The notes under the pieces were generated by a model that made no database searches, had not been told where the DNA came from, and was given only the letters and a program-made list of their open reading frames with translations. Source: Candidatus Latescibacterota bacterium (GTDB lineage Bacteria; Latescibacterota; UBA2968; UBA8231). Taken from it: a stretch of 64,000 nt of DNA. Location: positions 192,001-256,000 of the forward strand of contig OZ252098.1 in assembly GCA_965248355.1 (NCBI GenBank). Reading direction: 5' to 3'. Of this stretch, positions 55,298-64,000 are shown piece by piece. The translations under genes and the position numbers were made by a program. Each line of letters begins with the position of its first letter. Position 1 is the stretch's first letter.

Positions 55298-57571
55298 TTA
55301 TTCGGACTCGGCGGAACCCGGGTCTTCCGCGCGAAGCCCAGGCGGCTGCACGGCGACCTCGTCCACGCGCTGCACTTCCGTCACGCCTTCCACACCGTGC
55401 AGCTTCCTCACCACCTTCTGCAACTGCCGGGAGTCGTGCACGTCGATCCAGAACGTCTCCTCCACCATGTGGGCCAGCGTCCGGGTCTCGCAGCTGACGA
55501 TGTTGGCGCCCGTGTCGGAGATGATGCGGGTCACGTCGGACAGGAAGTACTTGCGGTCCTGTCCGCGAACGAGCAGTTGCACGGTGAAGGCCTGCTCCTC
55601 CTCGAGGTCCCAGGCCACCGGCGTGAGACGCTCCGGATCCTCGGCCAGGTCGGCGAAGTTGGGGCAGTCCGTGCGATGCACCGACAGGCCCCGGCCCCGG
55701 GTGATGAGCCCGATGATCGGGTCTCCGGGAATCGGCGTGCAGCACTTCCCGAAGTGAATCATCATGTCGTGCATGCCCTGGATGCGGATGCCGCGCTGGT
55801 CGCGGATCAGGGGTTTCACGCGCCGCTTCGGCGGGTTCGGCACGAGCCGGTTGACGACCCGGCTCACGGACAGGTAGCCGGAGCCGATGCCGGCGTAGAG
55901 GTGCTCGGTGTCGGCGAGGTTCAGGTCGGCGGCCAGCTCCTCCAGGGCCTCGCTGCCGGCGCGGTGGCGGTAGCGTTTCAGCTCGTGCTCGAGGATCTCC
56001 TGGCCAAGGCGCACGCTCTGGGAGAACTGCTCCTCCTTCAGCCAGCGGCGGATCGACTGGCGGGCCTTGGCGGTCTTGACCATCTCCAGCCACGACGGAT
56101 TCGGCTTCTGATGGGGAGAGGAGATGATCTGCACGGTGGCGCCGCTGCTCAGGGCCGTGCTCAGGGGCACGATCTGCCCGTCCACCTTCGCGGTCAGGCA
56201 GTGGAGACCGATGTCGGTGTGGATGGCGAAGGCGAAGTCGATGGGCGTCGCCTCCTTGGGCAGCTGGTGCAGGTCGCCCTTGGGCGTGAAGACGAAGATC
56301 TCGTCCTGGAACAACTCGATCTTCAGGTTCTCCATGAATTCCATGGGGTCGGTGGCGTCCCTCTGCCAGTCGAGGACCTGGCGCAGCCAGTTCATCTGCT
56401 GGTCGAGGTCGCTGCTCTCGCCGGCCGCGCCCGACTTGTAGCGCCAGTGGGCGGCGATGCCGATCTCCGCCGTGTGGTGCATCTCCCAGGTGCGGATCTG
56501 CACCTCCACGGCCATGCCCTGGGGGCCGATGACGGTGGTGTGCAGCGACTGGTACATGTTCGTCTTCGGCGTGGCGATGTAGTCCTTGAAGCGGTCCGGG
56601 ATGGGGCGGTAGAGGGTGTGCACCAGGCCCAGGGTGTGGTAGCACTCGCGCACCGTGCCGACGATGATGCGCACCGCCGTGAGGTCGTAGATCTCCTCGA
56701 AGGGTTTCACCTGGCCCCGCATCTTGTTGTAGATGCTGAAGAAGTTCTTCGGACGTCCGGTGATCTCGGCCTCGATGCCGTTGTGCCCGAGTTCCTCGGC
56801 GAGAGGGGTCTTGAAGCCGTCGATGAGGCGCTCCCGCTCCTCGCGGCGCATGGCCACCTTCTCGCGGATCTCGCGGTAGAAGTCGGGCTCGAGATGCTTG
56901 AGGCTGCGGTCCTCCAGCTCCCAGCGGATCCGGGCCAGGCCCAGGCGGTGGGCCAGGGGCGCGTAGACTTCGAGGGTCTCGTGGGAGATGCGCTGGCGCT
57001 GGTCGGCGTCGAGGGCATCCAGGGTGCGCATGTTGTGCAGCCGGTCGGCGAACTTGACCAGGATGACCCGGATGTCCTCGACCATGGACAACAGCATCTT
57101 GCGGAAGGTCTCGGCCTGGCGGGCCTCGCGGCTCTCGAGCTGGAAGCGTTCGATCTTGGTGACCCCGTCGATGAGGGCGGAGATCTTGGCCCCGAAACCG
57201 GACTCGATCTGCTCCTGTGTGACCGAGGTGTCCTCGACCACGTCGTGGAGGAGGCCGGCGGCGACGGTCGTCGAGTCGAGGCGCAACTGGGCGAGGATGC
57301 GGGCCACCTCGACGCTGTGCTGGAGGAAGGCCTCCCCCGACTTCCGGATCTGGCCGGCGTGGGCCTCGAGGGCGAAGTGGTAGGCGCGGGCCACCAGCCC
57401 GAAGTCGGCGGACTCGTTGCACGACGCCACCTCGATCAGCAGCATTTGCAGCTGCAGGTGGTCCCGCGAGTCCTCCAGCAGCTCCTCGAGGTCAGAGGTC
57501 GCCGCGGGGTCCGGCATCCCCTCCGCGTTCCGGAGAGGCGCTTCTTCGAGGGCGGTCCGGGAGGTGTTCAA
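55298..57571 (-). CDS. rel: Bifunctional (p)ppGpp synthetase/hydrolase (long RSH: HD-SYNTH-TGS-ACT)
   Basis: LLHDVVEDT, ADRLHNMRTL, RFKDY (RxKD), YQSLHT, GIAAHWRYK, TGS FTPKG...TPIDFAF, CCTPIPGD, ACT; alternative start ATG 57517. Confidence 0.95.
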   Translation of the reverse strand: MNTSRTALEEAPLRNAEGMPDPAATSDLEELLEDSRDHLQLQMLLIEVASCNESADFGLVARAYHFALEAHAGQIRKSGEAFLQHSVEVARILAQLRLDSTTVAAGLLHDVVEDTSVTQEQIESGFGAKISALIDGVTKIERFQLESREARQAETFRKMLLSMVEDIRVILVKFADRLHNMRTLDALDADQRQRISHETLEVYAPLAHRLGLARIRWELEDRSLKHLEPDFYREIREKVAMRREERERLIDGFKTPLAEELGHNGIEAEITGRPKNFFSIYNKMRGQVKPFEEIYDLTAVRIIVGTVRECYHTLGLVHTLYRPIPDRFKDYIATPKTNMYQSLHTTVIGPQGMAVEVQIRTWEMHHTAEIGIAAHWRYKSGAAGESSDLDQQMNWLRQVLDWQRDATDPMEFMENLKIELFQDEIFVFTPKGDLHQLPKEATPIDFAFAIHTDIGLHCLTAKVDGQIVPLSTALSSGATVQIISSPHQKPNPSWLEMVKTAKARQSIRRWLKEEQFSQSVRLGQEILEHELKRYRHRAGSEALEELAADLNLADTEHLYAGIGSGYLSVSRVVNRLVPNPPKRRVKPLIRDQRGIRIQGMHDMMIHFGKCCTPIPGDPIIGLITRGRGLSVHRTDCPNFADLAEDPERLTPVAWDLEEEQAFTVQLLVRGQDRKYFLSDVTRIISDTGANIVSCETRTLAHMVEETFWIDVHDSRQLQKVVRKLHGVEGVTEVQRVDEVAVQPPGLRAEDPGSAESE

Positions 57572-57693
57572 GGGGGGGGGCGCTCACAAGCCCGGCCCGG
57601 CCGATGCGGGCTCGAAATCCGGCCTCGGGAAAACGGTGGTTACTTCATGACTGACAACGAGATACGTCATTGCGAGGCGCTGCCGCCAGTGTA

Positions 57694-58095
57694 ATGAGCC
57701 CCTGGAGAGGTGTCAAGCCGCCGCCCTGGCCCGCGCCTCCCAGCCCGGGGGACATCCTCCTCGTGGCGGCCGTGCTGGCCGCGGCGGCCCTGCTCGTGGC
57801 CCGGCCCGAGGGGCGGACGCCCCGGTCGGCGAGCGTGCGGGTGGGCCACGAGGTGGTGCGCGTCCTGCCGCTGGACGAAGGGGCGCGGCTCGACGTGACC
57901 GGGCCGGTCGGTGTGAGCCAGCTCCTGGTCGAGGACGGCCGCATCCGCGTCCTCGCATCTCCTTGCGCGCAGCAGGTCTGCGTCCGCCGGGGATGGTTGC
58001 GTCAGGTGGGAGACGTGGCGGTCTGCGTTCCCAACCGGCTCGTGGTCCGGGTCGAAGGGGCGGGCGGGCCCTCCTTCGACGGGGTCAGCCGCTGA
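57694..58095 (+). CDS. NusG domain II-containing protein
   Basis: N-terminal TM; SPC.QQVCV..GW......VCVPNRLVV. Confidence 0.85.
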   Translation: MSPWRGVKPPPWPAPPSPGDILLVAAVLAAAALLVARPEGRTPRSASVRVGHEVVRVLPLDEGARLDVTGPVGVSQLLVEDGRIRVLASPCAQQVCVRRGWLRQVGDVAVCVPNRLVVRVEGAGGPSFDGVSR

Positions 58096-58625
58096 TGGTC
58101 TCCGCCGGACGGCGCGTGGCCTTTCTGGGGCTGATGTCGGCCGTGGCCCTGATCCTGTTCGTCTTCGAGGCGGCGGTGCCGCGGCCCCTGCCGTGGATGA
58201 AGCTGGGGCTCGGCAACGCCGCCGTGCTGGCGACGCTGCTGCTCTTCGGCGGCCCTCCGGCCATCGCCGTGGGCGCCGTGAAGGTCCTCGTGGGCGGGCT
58301 GCTGAGCGGCGGTCTGGCCGGGCCGGCTTCGGTCATCGGGGGAAGCGCCGCGCTCACGAGTCTGGCCACGATGATCGGTCTCCACCGGTTCCTCCCCCGA
58401 CTGTTCAGTCCCGTGGGTCTGAGCGTGGCGGGAGCGGTCGTCCACCAGGCCACGCAGTTGCTGGTGGCCGAGATCTACCTGGCTCAGGCGGGTCTGCTCC
58501 GGCTGCTGCCCCTCTTTCTCGTGGGCGGGGTCCTGTCCGGAGCGATGACGGGACTGGTCACCTACTTCGCGGTGAGGGCGCTCATGCGAGCCGGTCACGG
58601 GAGCGGTCCCGCGGCCCGGGGATGA
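58095..58625 (+). CDS. Gx transporter / heptaprenyl diphosphate synthase component I family
   Basis: FEAAVPRPLPWMKLGLGN, SPVGLSVAGAVVH; coupled to the NusG-II gene. Confidence 0.85.
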   Translation: MVSAGRRVAFLGLMSAVALILFVFEAAVPRPLPWMKLGLGNAAVLATLLLFGGPPAIAVGAVKVLVGGLLSGGLAGPASVIGGSAALTSLATMIGLHRFLPRLFSPVGLSVAGAVVHQATQLLVAEIYLAQAGLLRLLPLFLVGGVLSGAMTGLVTYFAVRALMRAGHGSGPAARG

Positions 58626-58665
58626 ATTGCGGGCCTGTGGCCGTTTGCCGATCATTGGCCCGGTC

Positions 58666-61600
58666 ATGACCGGTATCCGCCTGTCCCCCCGACTGCGCGC
58701 AGGAACCTTCGGCCTGCTCCTCGCCCTCGGCGCGGCGCAAGCCGCGGCAGAGGTCGACTTCGAGGCCCTTCGCCAGGTGGCCCCCGAGGACCGCCTGCGG
58801 CAGACCGTAGGCTTTTTCTCCGGCCTCGGTTCCCGGGTCGCCGGCTATCCCGGCGCCGAGCGGGCGGCCCTGCACATCCACCGCCAGTTCCGGCAGATCG
58901 GCCTGCACGACATCACCTTCCACAAGTACGACGTCTCCGTGCCCATCGACCGGGGGGGGGCGCTGAGGATCGCGGGCGGGCCTTCGGTCCGGCTCCACGG
59001 ACTGTGGCCGAACCTGGTGCGCACGTCGACCCTTCCCGACGGCGGCATCCACGGTCGGCTGATCTACGGTGGACGGGGGGAGTTCGAGGAGCTCGACGGT
59101 CAGGACGTGGAGGGAGCCGTCGTCGTCCTCGACTTCAACTCCGGTGACAACTGGCTCAACAGCGCCTTCCTCGGCGCCGCCGCCGTGGTCTTCATCGAGC
59201 CGGACTCGACCGTCTATCTCGAGGGGGAGCGGAAGTTCCTCACCATGCCCCTCGATCTGCCCCGGTTCTGGGTGAGCGGGTCGGATGGCCGGCTGCTGCG
59301 GAAGGCCATCGGGCCGGACGGACCGCCGCCCTCGGCCCATCTCGAGTACCGCATGGACTGGGAGCGGCGCCCGGCGTGGAACGTCATGGGCTTCATCCCC
59401 GGGTACGACCCCCTGCTCCAGAAGGACGTGATCGTCCTGGAGTCCTACTACGATGCCATGTCGGTGGTTCCCGCCCTCGCGCCCGGCGCCGAGCAGGCGG
59501 CCGGCATCACGGGTCTGCTGGAGCTGGCCCGCTACTTCCGCCAGCATCCGCCGGCGCGCTCGGTCCTGTTCCTGGCCACCTCGGCTCACCACCTCGCCCT
59601 GCGCGGCATCGACGACTTCATCCAGCGCTATCTGCGTGACGAGAATCCCTTCATCGACCGCATGGTCCTGCGCCGGGTCATCGAAGGGGCCCTGGCCCGC
59701 GGGCTGATCGGCGAGGGAGAGGACGGCGTCACCTACCAGCTCGGCGACCAGGTCTTCACCGGCAAGGAAGCGCTGGTACGCTCCGTGGCCGACCTCGACA
59801 CCGTCCTCGTGCGCGCCGTGGCCCAGGCCTCGATGGAGGACGGGGAGGATCTGATCGTCCAGGACGACGGCGCCTGGCGGGTCCGGTACCAGGACGGAGG
59901 AAAGATCCGCCAGGCCTCCTTCGACACCTCCGAAGACCTGCTCCGCGAGCTCGGCGACGACGAGGACCTCCGGCTGGGATTCTACCGCGAGTGGGTGGAT
60001 CCGAAGGTCGATTCCCTCTCCGTGAACCTGTTCATCAGTCTCGACCTGTCGACGCAGACCGACGAGCTGGGCATCTGGAACAGCAACTCGAGCTTTTACT
60101 ACAAGCGCTACTTCGCGCCCTTCGGCAAGAACTTCATGAACTACTCGCGAAAGGTGAGCCGCGAGCTCGGTTACAGCTTCCGCGACGTTCTGGTCAACGG
60201 AATCAGTCCCGAAGGGGGGAAGAGCTGGGAGACCTTCGTCCCCGGCGAGATCTCCGTCAACAGCGAGCTCGTGCTGACCACGGGCACCCCGGCCCTCGCC
60301 TTCGTCACCGTGAACGACGCCCGGTTTCTCGTCGACACGCCCCTCGACCGGCCGCAGAACATCCGCTACGACAACCTCTCGCGGCAGATCCGCGCCCTGG
60401 CGGGGATGTTCCACATGGCCTTCGAGGATCCGGAGCTCTTCCCCGACTTCAAGATGCGTCTCAAGGACACGATGCGGTCCCTGAAGGCCAGGACCATGAT
60501 CTTCCCCAGGCGCAGCATCGTTCCCGACCTGCCGCGCACCGGCGCCATCGGCGTCGTGCGCAACGGCAAGAAGAAGTCGTACAAGGGGGTGCGCGGCGAG
60601 TACTTCGAGGTCGTCGACGACGACGGGTCTTTCTTCGTCAACCGCATCCGCGTCGAGCAGGTCCAGGTGGAGGGCTACCGCATGGATCCGGCCACCGGCC
60701 GGGTCAGCTACGCGCCGGATCGCGGCATCCAGGGCGCCCAGGCCTACCCGATGCTGATCAAGATGGACTGGCGCGACAAGGAGTGGATGGTCGTTCTGTT
60801 CCCCTGTGAGGCCTTCAACTTCTTCGACATCGTCGACCCGCGCTACCTCACCAAGCTCTCCGAGGTCACCGTCTTCGACGAGACCAACGCCTCTCCCGTC
60901 GAGTACGGATACACCATCGGGGAAGGACCCTCGGCCAGGGACGAACCGGTGGGCGTGCTCTTCGCCCGCCCGGGGGCCTTCGTGAAGATGGGCTTCGGCG
61001 CCGGCATCCTCGGGTTCCGCTCCCTGCTGCTGAACTCCAAGAACCCCGACGACAAGGAGGAGGCCCTGGGCGAGGGCTTCGCCATGGAGCCGGGGAGCTC
61101 CTTCGCGCGCACCTCCTACCAGTCGGCCAAGGACATGTGGACCCTCGACGAGGCCCGCATGCGCGAGCTGAGGGGGTTCGCCATCGAGAACCAGCGCCTG
61201 AACGATCTGCACGAGCGCGCCCGGGGGGAGCTGGACCTGGCCGAAGAGGCCCTGGGGCGCAAGGAGTGGAGCGAGTTCGTGCGCCACACGCGCTCGGCCA
61301 TCGGACTGGAGTCACGGGCCTACCCCGACGTCAAGTCGACCCAGAACGACGTCATCCAGGGCATCATCTTCTTCATGGCCCTCGTCCTGCCCTGCGCCTA
61401 CTTCGCCGAGCGCCTGCTGATCACGGCGGCCACCGTCCAGCGCCAGATCATGGGCTTCGCCGGCATCTTCCTCGTCATCTGGATCGTCCTCTCCTTCGTC
61501 CACCCGGCCTTCGAACTGTCCAACCCCTTCGTCATCCTGCTGGCCTTCGTCATCCTCGTGCTCGCGGTCCTCGTCATGTGGATCATCTCCGGCCGGTTCA

Positions 61601-63483
61601 ACGAGCAGATGAAGAAGCTGCGCACCGAGGTGGCCGTCATCCACGACACCGACGTGAGCCGCTCCAGCGCCTCCCTCACCGCCTTCCTCCTGGGCATCTC
61701 CAACATGAAGCGCCGCAAGCTGCGCACGGCGCTGACCTTCGTCACCCTGTTGCTGCTCACCTTCACGGTCCTGTCCTTCACCTCCATCCAGACGTCCCTG
61801 CGCTACAACCAGATCGAGCGCGACAACGAGGGGCTCTACGAGGGCCTGCTGATCCGCAGCAAGGCGTGGACGCCCATGGAGGAGTCGGTTCTCGAGTACG
61901 CCCACAGCAACTTCGGCGACCGGGCCGCCATCGCGCCGAGGAGCTGGTACGACAACAAGAAGAAGGCCCACATCAAGATCAAGTACGGCGATGACGCCCA
62001 TAACGCCCTCGGCGTTCTCGGCCTGACCCCGGTCGAGACCGAGGTGACCGGTCTCGACCAGGCCCTGCTGGCGGGCCGCTGGTTCCGACCCGGCGAGGGG
62101 CGGGTCTGCATTCTGCCCAACGACATGCTCGGCGCGGACAAGCTCGGCATCGACATGATCGACGTCGACCGCGGCACCGTCACGGTACGCGTCTTCGGCG
62201 AGCGGTTCACCGTCATCGGCATCATCAACTCCACGCGCATGAAGGAGCTGAAGGATCTCGACGACGAGACCATGACCCCCGCCGACTTCGCCGTCACCGG
62301 CGGCCAGGCGGTGCAGGAGATCGCCGAGGAGGAGCAGCGGGAGAAGCAGGGCCTCGAGGACGCGCAGGTGGTGATCAAGCCCTTCGTCCACCTCGAGCCG
62401 GCCAACACCCTGCTCATGCCGTACCACACGTTGCGCAACGTGGGCAGCGGCAACCCCCTGCAGTCCGTGGCCGTCCGCTTCGAGGAGGGAGTCGACGAGC
62501 GCGCCGAGATCGAGCAGTTCCTGTCGCGGCTGGCGGTGACCCTCTTCGCCGGCATCCAGGAGCCGGGCGACGACTACATCAAGGTGTCGATCTACAGCTC
62601 CCTGGGCATGACCTCCCTGTCGGGCGTGGCCAACCTCTTCGTGCCGATCCTCATCGCCGCCCTCATCGTGCTCAACACGATGATGGGCAGCGTGTACGAG
62701 CGCTTCCGGGAGATCGGCATCTATTCCTCGGTGGGCCTGGCGCCGGGACACATCGCCTGGTTGTTCATGGCCGAGTCCTGCGTCTACTCCGTCCTCGGGG
62801 TGGTGGCCGGCTATCTCGTGGGCCAGGTCACGGCCACCCTCCTGACGGAGTTCGGGGTGGTCGCGGGCTTCACCCTCAACTATTCGTCCCTGTCGGCCGT
62901 GCTCTCCTGCATCCTGGTGATGGCCGTGGTCATGCTCTCCACCATCTATCCGGCCCGCAGGGCCTCGCAGTTGGCGGTGCCCGACGTGACCCGCCGCTGG
63001 CGGCTGCCGCGCCCGGAGGGTGACGTCTGGCACTTCGAGTTCCCCTTCACCGTGGCCGGCCGCGACGTGGTCGGCCTGTCGGTCTTCCTCATCGGCTACT
63101 TCGACTCCTACTCCGAGGAGTCGATCGGCACCTTCTACACCGACGGCGCCAAGCTGGGACGCCTCGACTCCGAGCACGGCGAGGGCTACACCATCGACAT
63201 GAACATCTGGCTGGCGCCCTTCGACCTGGGGGTCAGCCAGCACGTGGTCATCCGCGCCCTGCCCGAGGCCGAGCACAACATCTACCAGGTTCAGCTCGAC
63301 ATCCGCCGCCTGAGCGGCGAGGACGCCTCGTGGCGGCGCGTCAACCAGCGTTTCATGAACGTCATCCGCAAGCAGTTCCTCATCTGGCGCACCGTCGACG
63401 CCGAGGCCAAGGAGGCCTACCGGCGCCAGGGACAGGAGCTGCTGGCCGGCGCCCGCGCCGACTCCGTCTCCGCCTCCGCCTGA
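58666..63483 (+). CDS. Large membrane protein: PA/M28-peptidase-like N-terminus fused to MacB/FtsX-type ABC permease domains
   Basis: SRVAGYPGAERAA and NVMGFIPG (M28-like); NMKRRKLRTALT and NTMMGSVYERFREIGIYSSVGL...IYPARRAS (FtsX); ~1605 aa. Confidence 0.8.
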   Translation: MTGIRLSPRLRAGTFGLLLALGAAQAAAEVDFEALRQVAPEDRLRQTVGFFSGLGSRVAGYPGAERAALHIHRQFRQIGLHDITFHKYDVSVPIDRGGALRIAGGPSVRLHGLWPNLVRTSTLPDGGIHGRLIYGGRGEFEELDGQDVEGAVVVLDFNSGDNWLNSAFLGAAAVVFIEPDSTVYLEGERKFLTMPLDLPRFWVSGSDGRLLRKAIGPDGPPPSAHLEYRMDWERRPAWNVMGFIPGYDPLLQKDVIVLESYYDAMSVVPALAPGAEQAAGITGLLELARYFRQHPPARSVLFLATSAHHLALRGIDDFIQRYLRDENPFIDRMVLRRVIEGALARGLIGEGEDGVTYQLGDQVFTGKEALVRSVADLDTVLVRAVAQASMEDGEDLIVQDDGAWRVRYQDGGKIRQASFDTSEDLLRELGDDEDLRLGFYREWVDPKVDSLSVNLFISLDLSTQTDELGIWNSNSSFYYKRYFAPFGKNFMNYSRKVSRELGYSFRDVLVNGISPEGGKSWETFVPGEISVNSELVLTTGTPALAFVTVNDARFLVDTPLDRPQNIRYDNLSRQIRALAGMFHMAFEDPELFPDFKMRLKDTMRSLKARTMIFPRRSIVPDLPRTGAIGVVRNGKKKSYKGVRGEYFEVVDDDGSFFVNRIRVEQVQVEGYRMDPATGRVSYAPDRGIQGAQAYPMLIKMDWRDKEWMVVLFPCEAFNFFDIVDPRYLTKLSEVTVFDETNASPVEYGYTIGEGPSARDEPVGVLFARPGAFVKMGFGAGILGFRSLLLNSKNPDDKEEALGEGFAMEPGSSFARTSYQSAKDMWTLDEARMRELRGFAIENQRLNDLHERARGELDLAEEALGRKEWSEFVRHTRSAIGLESRAYPDVKSTQNDVIQGIIFFMALVLPCAYFAERLLITAATVQRQIMGFAGIFLVIWIVLSFVHPAFELSNPFVILLAFVILVLAVLVMWIISGRFNEQMKKLRTEVAVIHDTDVSRSSASLTAFLLGISNMKRRKLRTALTFVTLLLLTFTVLSFTSIQTSLRYNQIERDNEGLYEGLLIRSKAWTPMEESVLEYAHSNFGDRAAIAPRSWYDNKKKAHIKIKYGDDAHNALGVLGLTPVETEVTGLDQALLAGRWFRPGEGRVCILPNDMLGADKLGIDMIDVDRGTVTVRVFGERFTVIGIINSTRMKELKDLDDETMTPADFAVTGGQAVQEIAEEEQREKQGLEDAQVVIKPFVHLEPANTLLMPYHTLRNVGSGNPLQSVAVRFEEGVDERAEIEQFLSRLAVTLFAGIQEPGDDYIKVSIYSSLGMTSLSGVANLFVPILIAALIVLNTMMGSVYERFREIGIYSSVGLAPGHIAWLFMAESCVYSVLGVVAGYLVGQVTATLLTEFGVVAGFTLNYSSLSAVLSCILVMAVVMLSTIYPARRASQLAVPDVTRRWRLPRPEGDVWHFEFPFTVAGRDVVGLSVFLIGYFDSYSEESIGTFYTDGAKLGRLDSEHGEGYTIDMNIWLAPFDLGVSQHVVIRALPEAEHNIYQVQLDIRRLSGEDASWRRVNQRFMNVIRKQFLIWRTVDAEAKEAYRRQGQELLAGARADSVSASA

Positions 63484-63502
63484 CCCGCAACCTCGTCTGA
63501 GC

Positions 63503-64000
63503 ATGCTGCGACGCAAGAGCAACGCCAATCAGGAAATCGAGGAGTACCGCGACCTCCTCGAGACGCCGACAGAGTTCGAGGACGGCTTTACGCGCAAGGC
63601 GATTCTCGGGGTCTTCTTCGTCGCCTTCATCATGATCCCGGGGAACATGTACCTCAGCCTCATGGTGGGCGGTTCCCTCGGCGCCGCCGCGGAGTGGGTG
63701 ACGATCATCCTCTTCGCCGAGATCACCAAGCGGTCCTTCACCTCCCTGACGCGCCAGGAGGTCTACGTCCTCTACTACGTGGCGGCGGGGCTGATCGCCG
63801 CCGAGACGGGCGCTTTCGAGGGACTGCTGTGGAACCAGTACCTGCGCCAGTCGCCGCCGGCCCAGCAGTTCGGCATCGCCAACCTGATCCCCGACTGGTG
63901 GGCGCCGCCCCTGGAGTCGCCGGCCCTGCTGCAGCGGACTTTCCTGCACACGGACTGGATCATCCCTATCGGGCTCCTGCTGGCGCAGTTCGTGATCTCG
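63503..64000 (+). CDS. OPT-like peptide transporter membrane protein (truncated by window end)
   Basis: Not in the ORF track (no stop); translates MLRRKSNANQEIEEYRDLLETPTEFEDGFTRKAILGVFFVAFIMIPGNMYLSLMVG..., polytopic. Confidence 0.65.
   Translation, partial: MLRRKSNANQEIEEYRDLLETPTEFEDGFTRKAILGVFFVAFIMIPGNMYLSLMVGGSLGAAAEWVTIILFAEITKRSFTSLTRQEVYVLYYVAAGLIAAETGAFEGLLWNQYLRQSPPAQQFGIANLIPDWWAPPLESPALLQRTFLHTDWIIPIGLLLAQFVIS

Noticed and set aside
57572-57580. G9 tract just upstream of rel as a phase-variation switch
   Set aside because: In-frame starts (TTG 57571, ATG 57517) lie downstream of the tract, so its length need not affect the ORF
19813-58960. Other G8-G9 runs in coding regions (19813, 31632, 58952)
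   Set aside because: All are in frame and encode Gly-rich segments; no sign of disruption

Overview
High-GC, densely coding bacterial window with about 45 CDS. I saw no rRNA, tRNA, CRISPR array, transposase or phage genes. The gene content (PorV/PorQ-like barrel, FlgD/T9SS-type C-terminal domains, CRTAC1/ASPIC proteins, DUF4159) suggests an FCB-group organism such as Latescibacterota; this is inference only. Housekeeping and metabolic genes sit at both ends: DMT transporter, DHDPS/NAL-family lyase, PfkB kinase, GalU-like transferase, LarA-domain protein, GT39, sxtI/J/K-like triad, GH42, mpl, GT2, hisC, rel, NusG-II/Gx and an M28-FtsX fusion followed by an OPT-like transporter. Between them lies a ~32 kb cell-envelope island (18.3-50.6 kb), the most interesting part. 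(i) An 18 kb translationally coupled operon holds four mosaic tandem LRR+PD40 lipoproteins, three paralogous secreted proteins ending in a TPNxDGxND...WDG...AY C-terminal domain, and two paralogous ~900 aa putative outer-membrane partners. (ii) A second operon encodes a lipoprotein, a PorV-like barrel, a 1097 aa TPR protein, ExbB, ExbD and a TonB-positioned DUF4159 protein. (iii) Three unrelated secreted proteins, two in the island and one at 8.4 kb, share an exact 12-residue C-terminal tail T-x-V-x3-T-W-G-x-[IV]-K. Together these suggest a T9SS-related, possibly ExbBD-energised export or surface-display system with two classes of sorting signal (hypothesis). All family calls come from visual motif recognition, not database searches.
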